In this document: one piece after another, positions 1-7,907 of the stretch
Numbering within the stretch: the first letter of the stretch is position 1
Layout of the letters: every line of letters starts with the position of its first letter
Assembly (NCBI GenBank): GCA_040880145.1
Contig: JBBDIZ010000013.1
Location: 1 to 34,995 of the forward strand
DNA: 34,995 nt
Reading direction: 5' to 3'
Origin: Simkaniaceae bacterium
GTDB lineage: Bacteria; Chlamydiota; Chlamydiia; Chlamydiales; JAJFMI01
The notes under the pieces: generated by a model
What the model was told of the DNA's origin: nothing
The model's input: only the letters and a program-made list of their open reading frames with translations
Databases searched by the model: none
Translations under genes and position numbers: made by a program

Positions 1-54
1 CTGGTAAAAACACTCTATTTTTAGGGGAGGAATTAGGTTTTACTGCAAAAGAAA
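1..54 (+). repeat. Direct repeat copy 1 (copy 2 at 2355-2410), encodes GKNTLFLGEELGFTAKE linker
   Basis: ctggtaaaaacactctatttttaggggaggaattaggttttactgcaaaagaaa versus ctggtagaaacactctatttttagggaaggaattttaggttttactgcaaaagaaa: 2 substitutions and a 2-nt insertion. Confidence 0.9.
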
Positions 55-425
55 TAGGACACCTAAAGCAAGCTGGGAAATTGGAAGGGGCTATTAATAG
101 CGGCTTAGAGAAATTAGTCTCCCAATCGAAAAGTGAGGTATACAAGACTGCAATCAGTCAAAATAAGCATATAAAGATGGTAAGAGACTATCTTGATAAG
201 CCAGCAAAAGAAATTAAAAAAGGTGTTAATAGCTACGAAAAACAAATAGCTCTTCACAAAGACAAAATTGCGAACCCAGCAAAACATTGCCCAAATTGGG
301 ATAAATTAGATCCAAGACAGCGCGAAGCTTTGGTTAATAAAAAATGGCCGGCAGAAATTCATGTATACAAAGAACAAAGGAGCGTTCTTCAATCTATTCT
401 AAATGAAAGGCTTTCTTATGAATAA
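3..425 (+). CDS. 5'-truncated ORF: C-terminus of a probable polymorphic toxin (linker plus toxin-tip domain)
   Basis: Frame is open from base 3 (GKNTLFLGEELGFTAKEIGHLKQAGKLE...), so the real start lies upstream of the window. The C-terminal tip (KQIALHKDKIANPAKHCPNWDKLDPRQREALVNKKWPAEI) recurs at 997-1218, and the stop overlaps a small downstream gene. Toxin role is inferred from architecture. Confidence 0.6.
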   Translation, partial: GKNTLFLGEELGFTAKEIGHLKQAGKLEGAINSGLEKLVSQSKSEVYKTAISQNKHIKMVRDYLDKPAKEIKKGVNSYEKQIALHKDKIANPAKHCPNWDKLDPRQREALVNKKWPAEIHVYKEQRSVLQSILNERLSYE

Positions 426-951
426 AAAAAAATTCAAAAGATATACTATTGATACAATAACTTTGTTAAAAGATTTAGCTAGAAAAGCAAAAGTAGAAGC
501 TGACAATCCAAAAAAAGGTTATAATCATTACACACAAGGTGTAATAATGGGGTATTATTCAATTATTACTCTGCTAAAACATGAAGCGTTTGCCTTTTGT
601 ATTGATCAAAAAGAGTTGGGATTGGCAAATATAAAACCTGACATAGATTTGCTCGGTCTTGGTAGAAATCCCAATGTAGATGTTGGGGAAGATAATTGGG
701 CGATCGATGTTATGCACGAAGAAAAAGTCAAAGGGTATCTTATTGACTCAATAACCTTGTTGAAAGAGCAGGCAATAGAAGCAAAAAAAGAGGCGGATAA
801 TCCAAAAGAAAATCTTGAAGACTATAGCAAGGGAGAACTGATGGCTTATTGTTCGGTGTTTTCTCTTTTAAAGCACCAAGCTTCCGTTTTTAATATTGAT
901 GAAAAAGAGATTGGACTAACTGACATAGAGCCTGAGCGGGATCTCGTCTAA
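418..951 (+). CDS. Putative immunity protein with two tandem homologous domains
   Basis: Overlaps the upstream stop. Two repeats of LLK..A..AK.EADNPK...Y..G..M.Y.....LLKH.A..F.ID.KE.GL..I.P..DL. Homologous to 1223-1462. ATG at 418 is preferred over 403. Confidence 0.6.
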   Translation: MNKKKFKRYTIDTITLLKDLARKAKVEADNPKKGYNHYTQGVIMGYYSIITLLKHEAFAFCIDQKELGLANIKPDIDLLGLGRNPNVDVGEDNWAIDVMHEEKVKGYLIDSITLLKEQAIEAKKEADNPKENLEDYSKGELMAYCSVFSLLKHQASVFNIDEKEIGLTDIEPERDLV

Positions 952-996
952 GGGAATGTTTCGATCTATCAGGATTATGCCAGGGAAACCTCATAG

Positions 997-1218
997 TCCT
1001 TTAAAGAGGTCCAAAAAAGTATCAAAAGTTTGGAAAAGCAGATCGTTAAGCATCAAGATAAAATTGCTAATCCTTCAAAGTATTGTCCAGAATGGGATGC
1101 AATGGACCCACGAAGAAAAAACGCTCTAATTGATAAAAGATGGCCAGCTGAAATCCAGTGCTTTACAGAAGAAAGAGGCATTCTTCAAACTATTTTGGAG
1201 CAAATGATTGAAAATTAA
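997..1218 (+). pseudogene. Orphan toxin-tip fragment paralogous to the 3' end of 3-425
   Basis: KEVQKSIKSLEKQIVKHQDKIANPSKYCPEWDAMDPRRKNALIDKRWPAEIQ aligns with the first tip. There is an in-frame TAG at 994-996 and no N-terminal domain. Confidence 0.7.
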
Positions 1219-1222
1219 AATT

Positions 1223-1462
1223 ATGAAAAACAAAAACTTTGAAACATATATAAAATATATCAGTGGCCTTCTTAAAGATAATGCAAAAAAAGCAAAGTTG
1301 GAAGCTGATAATCCAAAAGAAGGCGACTCTGATTACAATACAGGATATCTTATGGCTTATTACGAAGTCATCTCTACGATGAAAAATCAAGCCTCTATAT
1401 TTGATTTAGAGCAAGAAGATCTTAGTCTTTCCGATATAGAACCAGATCGCGATTTGGTTTAA
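1223..1462 (+). CDS. Single-domain paralog of the putative immunity protein
   Basis: LLKDNAKKAKLEADNPKEGDSDYNTGYLMAYYEVISTMKNQASIFDLEQEDLSLSDIEPDRDLV matches both halves of 418-951 and follows the orphan tip by 4 nt. Confidence 0.7.
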   Translation: MKNKNFETYIKYISGLLKDNAKKAKLEADNPKEGDSDYNTGYLMAYYEVISTMKNQASIFDLEQEDLSLSDIEPDRDLV

Positions 1463-1608
1463 TAATTTGTGATTTTTTTGATGAAAACTACGTCCTAGAC
1501 AAGTAGCAAAACTTTGGAATTACAGAAAGACAATATGAATATGAAATCTTTTCACAAGAAGTGCCCGCTGCACATCTCATAAAACTTCCTGAATGGAAAA
1601 GAATAAGG

Positions 1609-2346
1609 ATGATTAAGAAGAATCTTTGGATAAGAAACATTCTCGCGTGTGTGCAAGAAATAGCAAGCAGGGACTACCAAGAAAGGGCTTGGATGAGAAA
1701 TGAGGTATATGCGCCTTGTTCATTTGAAGAAATGATGTGTGGCTTATTTGATGACTGTTTTATAAGGGAATTTATTAACGAAAAAGCCGATGAATTTGGG
1801 CTCTCTTTTGAGCAAAAAACGGCACTATCTGACCTCGTCAATGCCCTCGATAAATATGATGATAATCCAGAAATCTATTTCTTAAGCCCTCCTCTAGAAG
1901 TTGACGAGTCAAAAATACTCATAGATCCAAAATGGCACAAAATCCGAAAAATGGCGCAAAAGGTATTAAGCGTTTTTGGGAAAATTAAATACGAGCCTGA
2001 AGACAAAGAATGGTGGTTGCAGTTTATTCTTCACCGCATATCTTCTTATTCAAATGTAGAGGAGCAAAGGCGGATGTGGATAGATAAAAGCGAAATTTTT
2101 TGGTCCACCCCTTTGGACATGTATGAAGGTTTGTTTACCAGCCTCGAATTTAATTACTTCATGGACGAATATGCTAAAAAATTTGCTCTTGCTGAAGAGC
2201 AGATTGCTGCTTTGGATCGATTTCGATTTCAGCTTAAGAAAAATCCTTTCAAGACAACTAACCCTGAGAACGTACTGGACAATCCAGAGTGGCAAAAGCT
2301 TCAGATGCTCGCCCGTGAAGCTCTTGATGTGCTTAAGGAGTCCTAA
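1609..2346 (+). CDS. Two-domain putative immunity protein (resembles the SCO4402-type family)
   Basis: Two repeats of W...IL.......... Q.R.W ... LF ... L.E.Q..AL ... L.(D/N)P.W.K...(M/L)A...L. ATG at 1609 is the likely start. The family resemblance is from memory of the motif and has not been searched. Confidence 0.5.
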   Translation: MIKKNLWIRNILACVQEIASRDYQERAWMRNEVYAPCSFEEMMCGLFDDCFIREFINEKADEFGLSFEQKTALSDLVNALDKYDDNPEIYFLSPPLEVDESKILIDPKWHKIRKMAQKVLSVFGKIKYEPEDKEWWLQFILHRISSYSNVEEQRRMWIDKSEIFWSTPLDMYEGLFTSLEFNYFMDEYAKKFALAEEQIAALDRFRFQLKKNPFKTTNPENVLDNPEWQKLQMLAREALDVLKES

Positions 2347-2354
2347 AGTTGACT

Positions 2355-2410
2355 CTGGTAGAAACACTCTATTTTTAGGGAAGGAATTTTAGGTTTTACT
2401 GCAAAAGAAA
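2355..2410 (+). repeat. Direct repeat copy 2 of 1-54 (frameshifted linker remnant)
   Basis: See copy 1. Begins 9 nt after the stop of 1609-2346. Confidence 0.9.
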
Positions 2411-2433
2411 ATGACAAATTTTGGAGATGAGTT

Positions 2434-2541
2434 ATGTCACAACAGTTTGACTGGGAATTTTGGGATAATGCAGTTAGAATGGCCTTGGAGAGGAAGGTCC
2501 CCCAGACACAGCTAGCAAACGACTTTGGTATGGGGAAATCA
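2434..2541 (+). pseudogene. IS3-family OrfA N-terminal HTH remnant
   Basis: RBS ggag, then MSQQFDWEFWDNAVRMALERKVPQTQLANDFGMGKS, resembling the IS3 OrfA start (F..EF...AV.......A.D.G.GKS). Similarity then ends. Confidence 0.5.
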
Positions 2542-2644
2542 ATTTTTTTACTAAAACAGAAATCGGTACAGATTCAGCTGAGTTATTCTGGCGAAAAAAG
2601 CTACATAGGAATAATGTTAAACCTTAGCCAAGGACAAGAGCATT

Positions 2645-3070
2645 ATGAAACACAGACTCTTAATACTCTATTTGACACTCATGTTTTCTCAGTTAATTGC
2701 AGAGGAAGAGGTGTTAGCCGAGCCTGCTAAGCTCTATTTTGAACTAGGAGAAATTTCGGCGCCTCTTTCTTTTTATACGGAAAATTGGGATCCCAAAGAA
2801 AAACTCCCTCTAAAACTTCCTGGCATCAGAGTTGAAGAAAAAGACTTGGTTTTCGATCTTGAAAAAGACATTAAAGCATCAAGAGAAGAACAGGACTTGC
2901 TGAGAAGTCAAAACAGTTGGCTTTCTGATTCCAATCCTTGGATTCCCCCATTGAATCGAAAGAAGAGTCCTATGAAGAAATTGAATCCAATGAGATGCAA
3001 GAATGAGCAAATATGCGTTGACATCCTCCCAACTGCTAAAGCGAGTGGGATTCCCTATTCTTACGTTTAG
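2645..3070 (+). CDS. Hypothetical exported protein; C-terminus replaced by the mini-IS insertion
   Basis: Signal peptide MKHRLLILYLTLMFSQLIA. Codons after 3017 come from the inserted element. Removing 3018-3279 gives ...NEQICDKYEVKR* with an ATGA overlap at 3299-3302. Confidence 0.7.
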   Translation: MKHRLLILYLTLMFSQLIAEEEVLAEPAKLYFELGEISAPLSFYTENWDPKEKLPLKLPGIRVEEKDLVFDLEKDIKASREEQDLLRSQNSWLSDSNPWIPPLNRKKSPMKKLNPMRCKNEQICVDILPTAKASGIPYSYV

Positions 3071-3165
3071 GGTTCCTAATTCTCAGACCGTAGCTTTCGG
3101 TTCCATTAGGAACGGGAAGTCTTACACAGTCTCCAAAGGCTTAACATCCCACGAGCCCCGTGGTA
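3018..3165 (-). ncRNA. Probable TnpB omegaRNA (reRNA) scaffold
   Basis: Homologous to the tnpB 3'/right-end region at 3777-3897 (shared gcctttggaga, aagact, aaagct, gaattaggaa, tccca..gctttagc..tgggag..gtcaa) with compensatory stem changes. Confidence 0.7.
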
Positions 3166-3194
3166 GACCTAAAAAGGTGAATGTAGTTTAACAG

Positions 3195-3223
3195 ATTATG
3201 GAAAAAACAAAAATACGAAACAA
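3195..3223 (-). promoter_or_regulatory. Candidate sigma70-type promoter for the omegaRNA
   Basis: Minus strand TTGTTT-17 nt-CATAAT, about 30 nt upstream of the scaffold. The context is AT-rich, so a chance match is possible. Confidence 0.35.
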
Positions 3224-3298
3224 AAATTTAAGACGCTCTCATCCCACCCCTAAAGAGGTGGGGTTTCCCGCGGGCAGTCATAAATATGAGGTTAAACG

Positions 3299-3754
3299 AT
3301 GAATTTTTGTCTAAAATCAATAGTTGTCCTTATGGTGGTGTTAACACCTCAAATTGCAAAGGCTGACATGAATTTGGTAGATCGCGTTCTATTTTCTGAT
3401 AAATCCTATGCCAAGGAAATCGAAGTAAAGGCTTATATCATTACAAGAGAGCAGGCATGCGCAGCACTATGCGATCCACCACAACGACCTATCCAGCTAG
3501 ATAACAAAGCTTTATATGGGAAAAAAACCTATCTATTTCTCCAAGTAAGAAACACGGGGGAAAAACATGCATGGGGTACTTTAGCTTGTAGTGTGCCAAG
3601 ATATCATGTTCCAATAAAAGTGCCTATTTTTGACATAGATAATTCAAAAAACTATAATACCTATTTATTTCACCTGGGAGTAATAGTACTTACTGATAGC
3701 AAGCCTGATGCACCTAAAATATCTGTTGAGTGGAACGAGCTTTATACCAAGTGA
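3299..3754 (+). CDS. Hypothetical exported protein
   Basis: RBS gagg, signal peptide ending AKA-D, 151 aa. Confidence 0.75.
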   Translation: MNFCLKSIVVLMVVLTPQIAKADMNLVDRVLFSDKSYAKEIEVKAYIITREQACAALCDPPQRPIQLDNKALYGKKTYLFLQVRNTGEKHAWGTLACSVPRYHVPIKVPIFDIDNSKNYNTYLFHLGVIVLTDSKPDAPKISVEWNELYTK

Positions 3755-3776
3755 GCTCTTATGTTAGCTAGCGCTT

Positions 3777-4100
3777 TTGACTGCTCCCATGGCTAAAGCC
3801 GATGGGATTCCTAATTCATAGAGAACAGCTTTGCATTGAATTCTCAATACCGAGTCTTCCGCTCTCTCCAAAGGCTAACCCCGCCAGCCCGACGGTTAAA
3901 ATATTTTTAGCTGCGTTGATGTCTCTATCGAGCGTTTTCTTACACGAATGACACTCCCAGATTCTATCGCTCAGTTTTAATCCATTATTGATATGTCCGC
4001 AGCAACTACATCTTTTAGAAGAGGGAAACCATCGATCGATCTCTAGAAGCCGTCGTCCGTACCATTCGGATTTGTATTTGAGCTTTCTAAAAAAATCTGA
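3777..4100 (-). pseudogene. tnpB: Truncated tnpB (Zn ribbon plus last RuvC motif) with IS605 right end/omegaRNA
   Basis: LKYKSEWYGR..IDRWFPSSKRCSCCG...RIWECHSC...DRDINAAKNI. Right-end hairpin TCCCATCGGCTTTAGCCATGGGA followed by TCAA at 3777. Confidence 0.9.
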
Positions 4101-4177
4101 TTGTCTTAATTTACAGAAACAATGTTGCACTACCCCCATGGGGGTCCTCTGCGCGCGTGGGTAGCAGTTACAGCGGT

Positions 4178-5434
4178 CTAACTGGTGGGTTTTCTCAAAG
4201 TCAAGATCCCGGATCTTGAATCATTTTCGGTATAGAGAGTGTAGGCCCCAAGAGAGCAAAACAGAGCGCCTACTATAAGGGTGGGGGTGGCCCCAAACCA
4301 TTTCGAAAGAAGGCCTCCTAAAATAGGTGCGATCAATCCTCGTATCCCAACCATGAGGATATTGACTGCGCTGTAACGGGAGCTCTCTTCTTCTTGAGCA
4401 AAGAGAGGTCCGGAGAGGTGCCACATGAGGTGACTGCCTCCTTGAGCGATTCCATAAACGAGGTAGGCGAAGTAGACCCAAAAGAGGGTCCAGGGGGCAA
4501 GAATAAGAAAGAGGGGAAAGAGCGCAAAACCAAGGCAGATGAGCCCGGCAAGCCGGTTGGGATTGTATTTAGAAAGCCAGCGCGCCCAAAGCGATGAGGT
4601 CATCACGATTCCAAGGCCTTTACAGAGGGTCAGGGCAAGGGCTATGTCTAAGTAGGAGAGATTGAGGACGTCGATGTAAAAAAGCGGCAGGGCCGGGTGA
4701 ATCAGCATAACACCAAAACCTCCTAACATAAATCCTTTTTGAAAAAGGGCGAAATCAGGGCGCTCGCGAAGCAGGCTAAACGAATCTTTTAAGGGAGCGG
4801 TTAACCAATTCTTTTGATAGGAGTCTTCATTTGTAAAGGTTTCTTCTCCTTTAATCGGAACACGCGCTTGAAGAAAAGTGCTGATCATCCCAAGAAGGGC
4901 GCTAAAAAAGAAAAGAAGGGTCCAGGATGAGGCAATAAAGTCAAGCATGGCCCCAATCCCAAGGGCTAAGCAGATCCCTTCTAAATAACCAAGCGTCCAA
5001 CCAAGAGAAAAGAGCTTTTCGCGCTCTTGCTTCGGTAGGTTGCACTTGAGAATTTCTATCCAGGCGGGAACGGAGGCTCGTGTGAAAAGAATGTAGATCA
5101 GGCCTGAAAAAATTAAATACCAGCTGCTGTGAATAATGGGAAAAAAGAGAAAAGGTAGCCGAGCTAAAATGCCGGCTATCAGAAGGTTCGGGCGGAGCTG
5201 CTTCTTCTGTTGCTTAAGGTTGGAGCTCCAATAGTAGGAAAAAACCGAAACAACAGGGCGTAGCATCGTGAAGAGAACTATTTGAAATGCACTCGCTTCC
5301 AAATCTCGACGCAGGATAAAGGGCATCATCGTAAACAATGATGCAAAAGGCTCATTGATCAGATTGGACCAAAGAATGGCAAAACGGGTTTTATAATAAA
5401 ATTGATCTTTTAAAACTTGCCGGAATGCTTTCAT
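4178..5434 (-). CDS. MFS transporter
   Basis: About 12 hydrophobic helices in a 6+6 arrangement with MFS-like loop motifs. Likely start is the ATG at 5434. Confidence 0.85.
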   Translation of the reverse strand: MKAFRQVLKDQFYYKTRFAILWSNLINEPFASLFTMMPFILRRDLEASAFQIVLFTMLRPVVSVFSYYWSSNLKQQKKQLRPNLLIAGILARLPFLFFPIIHSSWYLIFSGLIYILFTRASVPAWIEILKCNLPKQEREKLFSLGWTLGYLEGICLALGIGAMLDFIASSWTLLFFFSALLGMISTFLQARVPIKGEETFTNEDSYQKNWLTAPLKDSFSLLRERPDFALFQKGFMLGGFGVMLIHPALPLFYIDVLNLSYLDIALALTLCKGLGIVMTSSLWARWLSKYNPNRLAGLICLGFALFPLFLILAPWTLFWVYFAYLVYGIAQGGSHLMWHLSGPLFAQEEESSRYSAVNILMVGIRGLIAPILGGLLSKWFGATPTLIVGALFCSLGAYTLYTENDSRSGILTLRKPTS

Positions 5435-5575
5435 GAGCTCTATTTTACATCGATAGTGCGGAAGATGCAAGTTTGTCATAATTGCTTGTAAGTAAGTTGT
5501 TTGCAAAGGCTTAGTTTTCTGTTGTCAAAATATTTAAAGTTGTCGATATATGAAGCGAAAGGGTAGACTTCACTT

Positions 5576-6994
5576 ATGATTCGGTCACAGTTGAGGCGGC
5601 GCCTCTTTTTATATCTTAGCATTCTCGCAGCTTCGTTTCTTGCGCTCACTCTATTTATCGTCCATTCTCGCAGCTTTTTAGGCGGGGCTTCCTTGACGGG
5701 TTTGTCAAAGGGAGAGAGGGCTTTTTTTGCTCAAAACTCTCTTATAGCTTTTAGTTATCTCTTGATTACGGTTTTTCTTCTTTTTTCCTGTATTATGGGA
5801 CTTGTCTTTTTTCGAATGACTCTCCCTTTGATTAAAATTTTGAAAAGCGAGGGTGAGATCAAAGATCAAAAGCTTCTCCTTTCACAAAATGAGTTTGGAC
5901 ATCTCGCTAGATCAATCAATGAGAGAATGAAAAAATTATCAGCTCAGAATCATTTGATTGATTCCCATGATGTGGAAAAGGAATTTTTATTTGAGTCCCT
6001 TCATGAGGGGATTTTTATTTTCGATAAAAAGTTGAATTTAATAAAACTCAATTCTGTTGGGGCTAAAATTTATAAGATTAATAAAAATGAATTTATTGGA
6101 AAAAATATCGATGAGATGGCTCAAAAGGTTTCACAACCCCTTTTGAAAAAAACAAAAGACTTTTTAAAGCGCGCTTTAGACGAGGGGGTTCCTCTTGTGG
6201 AGACGATGAATATCGAAAGTCTGAAAATGTCTAATTACTCGATGAGAGCGCTTCCCTTATTAAAAGCTTCTCGAATTCTTTTGATGATTCAGGATAATTC
6301 TAAGCAAGTAAAGGCCCTGGAGATGGGACGCGATTTTATTGCAAATGCTTCTCATGAATTGAGGACTCCGATTACGATTATTAAAGGATTTACCGAAACC
6401 CTTCAGCTCGTTCCTGAAGTATCCGCTTCAATGCTCGAGGATATTACGGACAAGATTTTACGCAATTGCGATCGCATGAGTAAGCTTGTGAAAAACCTTC
6501 TTCTTTTGGCTGATCTCGATGGGTATAGCAAAGGGCGCATGCAGCTTTGTGATCTCGTTGGCCTAATGGACGGTTGCAATCAGACTCTGCTCGCTGTTTA
6601 TCCAAAAGCGATCATTGAAACGCTGCATAATAAACAAACGATACTGGCTCAGGCAGATCCGGATCTTTTAGAGTTAGCGGTTTCTAATTTGCTTCAAAAT
6701 GCTCTTAAATATTCAAAATTTGATGGTGAAATTGGAGTTAAAATTGAAGAAAAAGAGACTGAAATTCATTTGAGTATCGCTGATAAAGGAATTGGAATTC
6801 CAAAATCGGATCTTCCTCATATTTTTGATCGGTTTTATACGGTTGATAAAGCCCATTCACGAAAACTCGGTGGCGCAGGCCTTGGACTTTCTATTGTGAA
6901 ACGGATCATTGAAAAACATGATGGGGATATTCATGCCAGCTCTGTAATGGGTCAAGGAACGACTTTTACGATTGTCTTACCAAAAGCTTCTTAG
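5576..6994 (+). CDS. Membrane sensor histidine kinase, PhoR/WalK-like (2 TM, PAS, HisKA, HATPase_c)
   Basis: FIANASHELRTP H-box, NLLQNALKY N-box, DKGIGIP, IFDRFY, GAGLGLSIV. Confidence 0.92.
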   Translation: MIRSQLRRRLFLYLSILAASFLALTLFIVHSRSFLGGASLTGLSKGERAFFAQNSLIAFSYLLITVFLLFSCIMGLVFFRMTLPLIKILKSEGEIKDQKLLLSQNEFGHLARSINERMKKLSAQNHLIDSHDVEKEFLFESLHEGIFIFDKKLNLIKLNSVGAKIYKINKNEFIGKNIDEMAQKVSQPLLKKTKDFLKRALDEGVPLVETMNIESLKMSNYSMRALPLLKASRILLMIQDNSKQVKALEMGRDFIANASHELRTPITIIKGFTETLQLVPEVSASMLEDITDKILRNCDRMSKLVKNLLLLADLDGYSKGRMQLCDLVGLMDGCNQTLLAVYPKAIIETLHNKQTILAQADPDLLELAVSNLLQNALKYSKFDGEIGVKIEEKETEIHLSIADKGIGIPKSDLPHIFDRFYTVDKAHSRKLGGAGLGLSIVKRIIEKHDGDIHASSVMGQGTTFTIVLPKAS

Positions 6995-7907
6995 CAACAA
7001 TTCCGGAACTCTTACTCTCTGCTTTAAGCTCGTTCAACTCTTGCTTTTTGGCTTTATTTTGAAAATCGATTGATTGAATGAGTTCATTGATCAGGGCGGC
7101 TTTAGAAGGATGATTTTGAGCGAGCTCTCCAAATTCTTGTTTTGTTAGACCGATTTGTATTGCCTTTGGGTGATTGTCAAATTTTTCCTTTTCTTTCTTG
7201 ATCATCTCTTCGAATAGAGGGATTCCAAAAAAAGATTGAAGCAAAGGAGCGGGGGCATAGCCATATTGAAACAGAGTTTTTTTTCTAAGATCGATTAAAA
7301 AGGCTTCATCGAGCGGAGGATATCCCTCATTTTCTTCAATGCAGTATCGTCTTGTGCCTTTTAGCATTTTAAAGTAGGTCTTTTGATTCTCTTCAATTTC
7401 AATGTCGAAAAAGGGGATCTGACTTAAGGCTTTCCCCTTTTCTTTTGCCTTGTTTGAAAGCTTTTTTGCCTTCAATAAAATTTGATAAAAAAGAGTTTTA
7501 AGCACGTCTTCTTCTGCTAAATTTTGATAGAGTGTTTGAAAATAGTTTAGAGAGGATGATTCCAAATATTTAGAAGCTTCCGAGGGGGTTAAAAGAGAGC
7601 CTAGATTCAATGCAGAAAGCCTGGGGTTGAAATCATTGTGAGGATTGATGAAATTGGCCCCTTTTTTCTGTCTGCTTCGACTCCTTGATGCTTTTTTTGA
7701 GGGGGGCGTTTTTTTTCTTTTTTTATTCTGCTTTTTAAACGTATCGAAAGTAAGAATTTCTCTCTTTTTACGGGCTTCTCGATCAGCTTCCATAAAGCCT
7801 TTGTGAGCGGTAAGCTCAATGACTGTCGTCTTAAAATGATTTTGATACCCAAAGGTAATAAGGGAAAAAATAAATAGAAATAGAGTGACAAAGGGAATTA
7901 AATTCAT
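6966..7907 (-). CDS. Hypothetical protein with N-terminal TM helix, possibly a T2SS accessory (GspK-like position)
   Basis: ATGA-coupled to the upstream pseudopilin-like gene. N-terminal hydrophobic helix followed by a Lys-rich segment. Confidence 0.55.
   Translation of the reverse strand: MNLIPFVTLFLFIFSLITFGYQNHFKTTVIELTAHKGFMEADREARKKREILTFDTFKKQNKKRKKTPPSKKASRSRSRQKKGANFINPHNDFNPRLSALNLGSLLTPSEASKYLESSSLNYFQTLYQNLAEEDVLKTLFYQILLKAKKLSNKAKEKGKALSQIPFFDIEIEENQKTYFKMLKGTRRYCIEENEGYPPLDEAFLIDLRKKTLFQYGYAPAPLLQSFFGIPLFEEMIKKEKEKFDNHPKAIQIGLTKQEFGELAQNHPSKAALINELIQSIDFQNKAKKQELNELKAESKSSGIVAKKLLVRQS

Larger units (their letters stand above)
3018..3279 (-). mobile_element. Non-autonomous IS200/IS605-family mini-element (PATE-like), 262 bp
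   Basis: On the minus strand: TTTAT target, then left-end hairpin CCCACCTCTTTAGGGGTGGG, then right-end GAAT-CCCACTCGCTTTAGCAGTTGGGA ending in TCAA. No tnpA or tnpB. Excision restores the host ORF. Confidence 0.85.

Noticed and set aside
3003..3191. 62-aa ORF inside the mini-element
   Set aside because: It is antisense to the omegaRNA scaffold, crosses the insertion boundary and has no protein motif.
5470..5550. Possible Pho boxes (ttgtcat...ttgtaag; gttgtc...gttgtc) upstream of the PhoR-like kinase
   Set aside because: Repeat periods are 13 and 18 nt rather than the 11 nt of a PhoB box.
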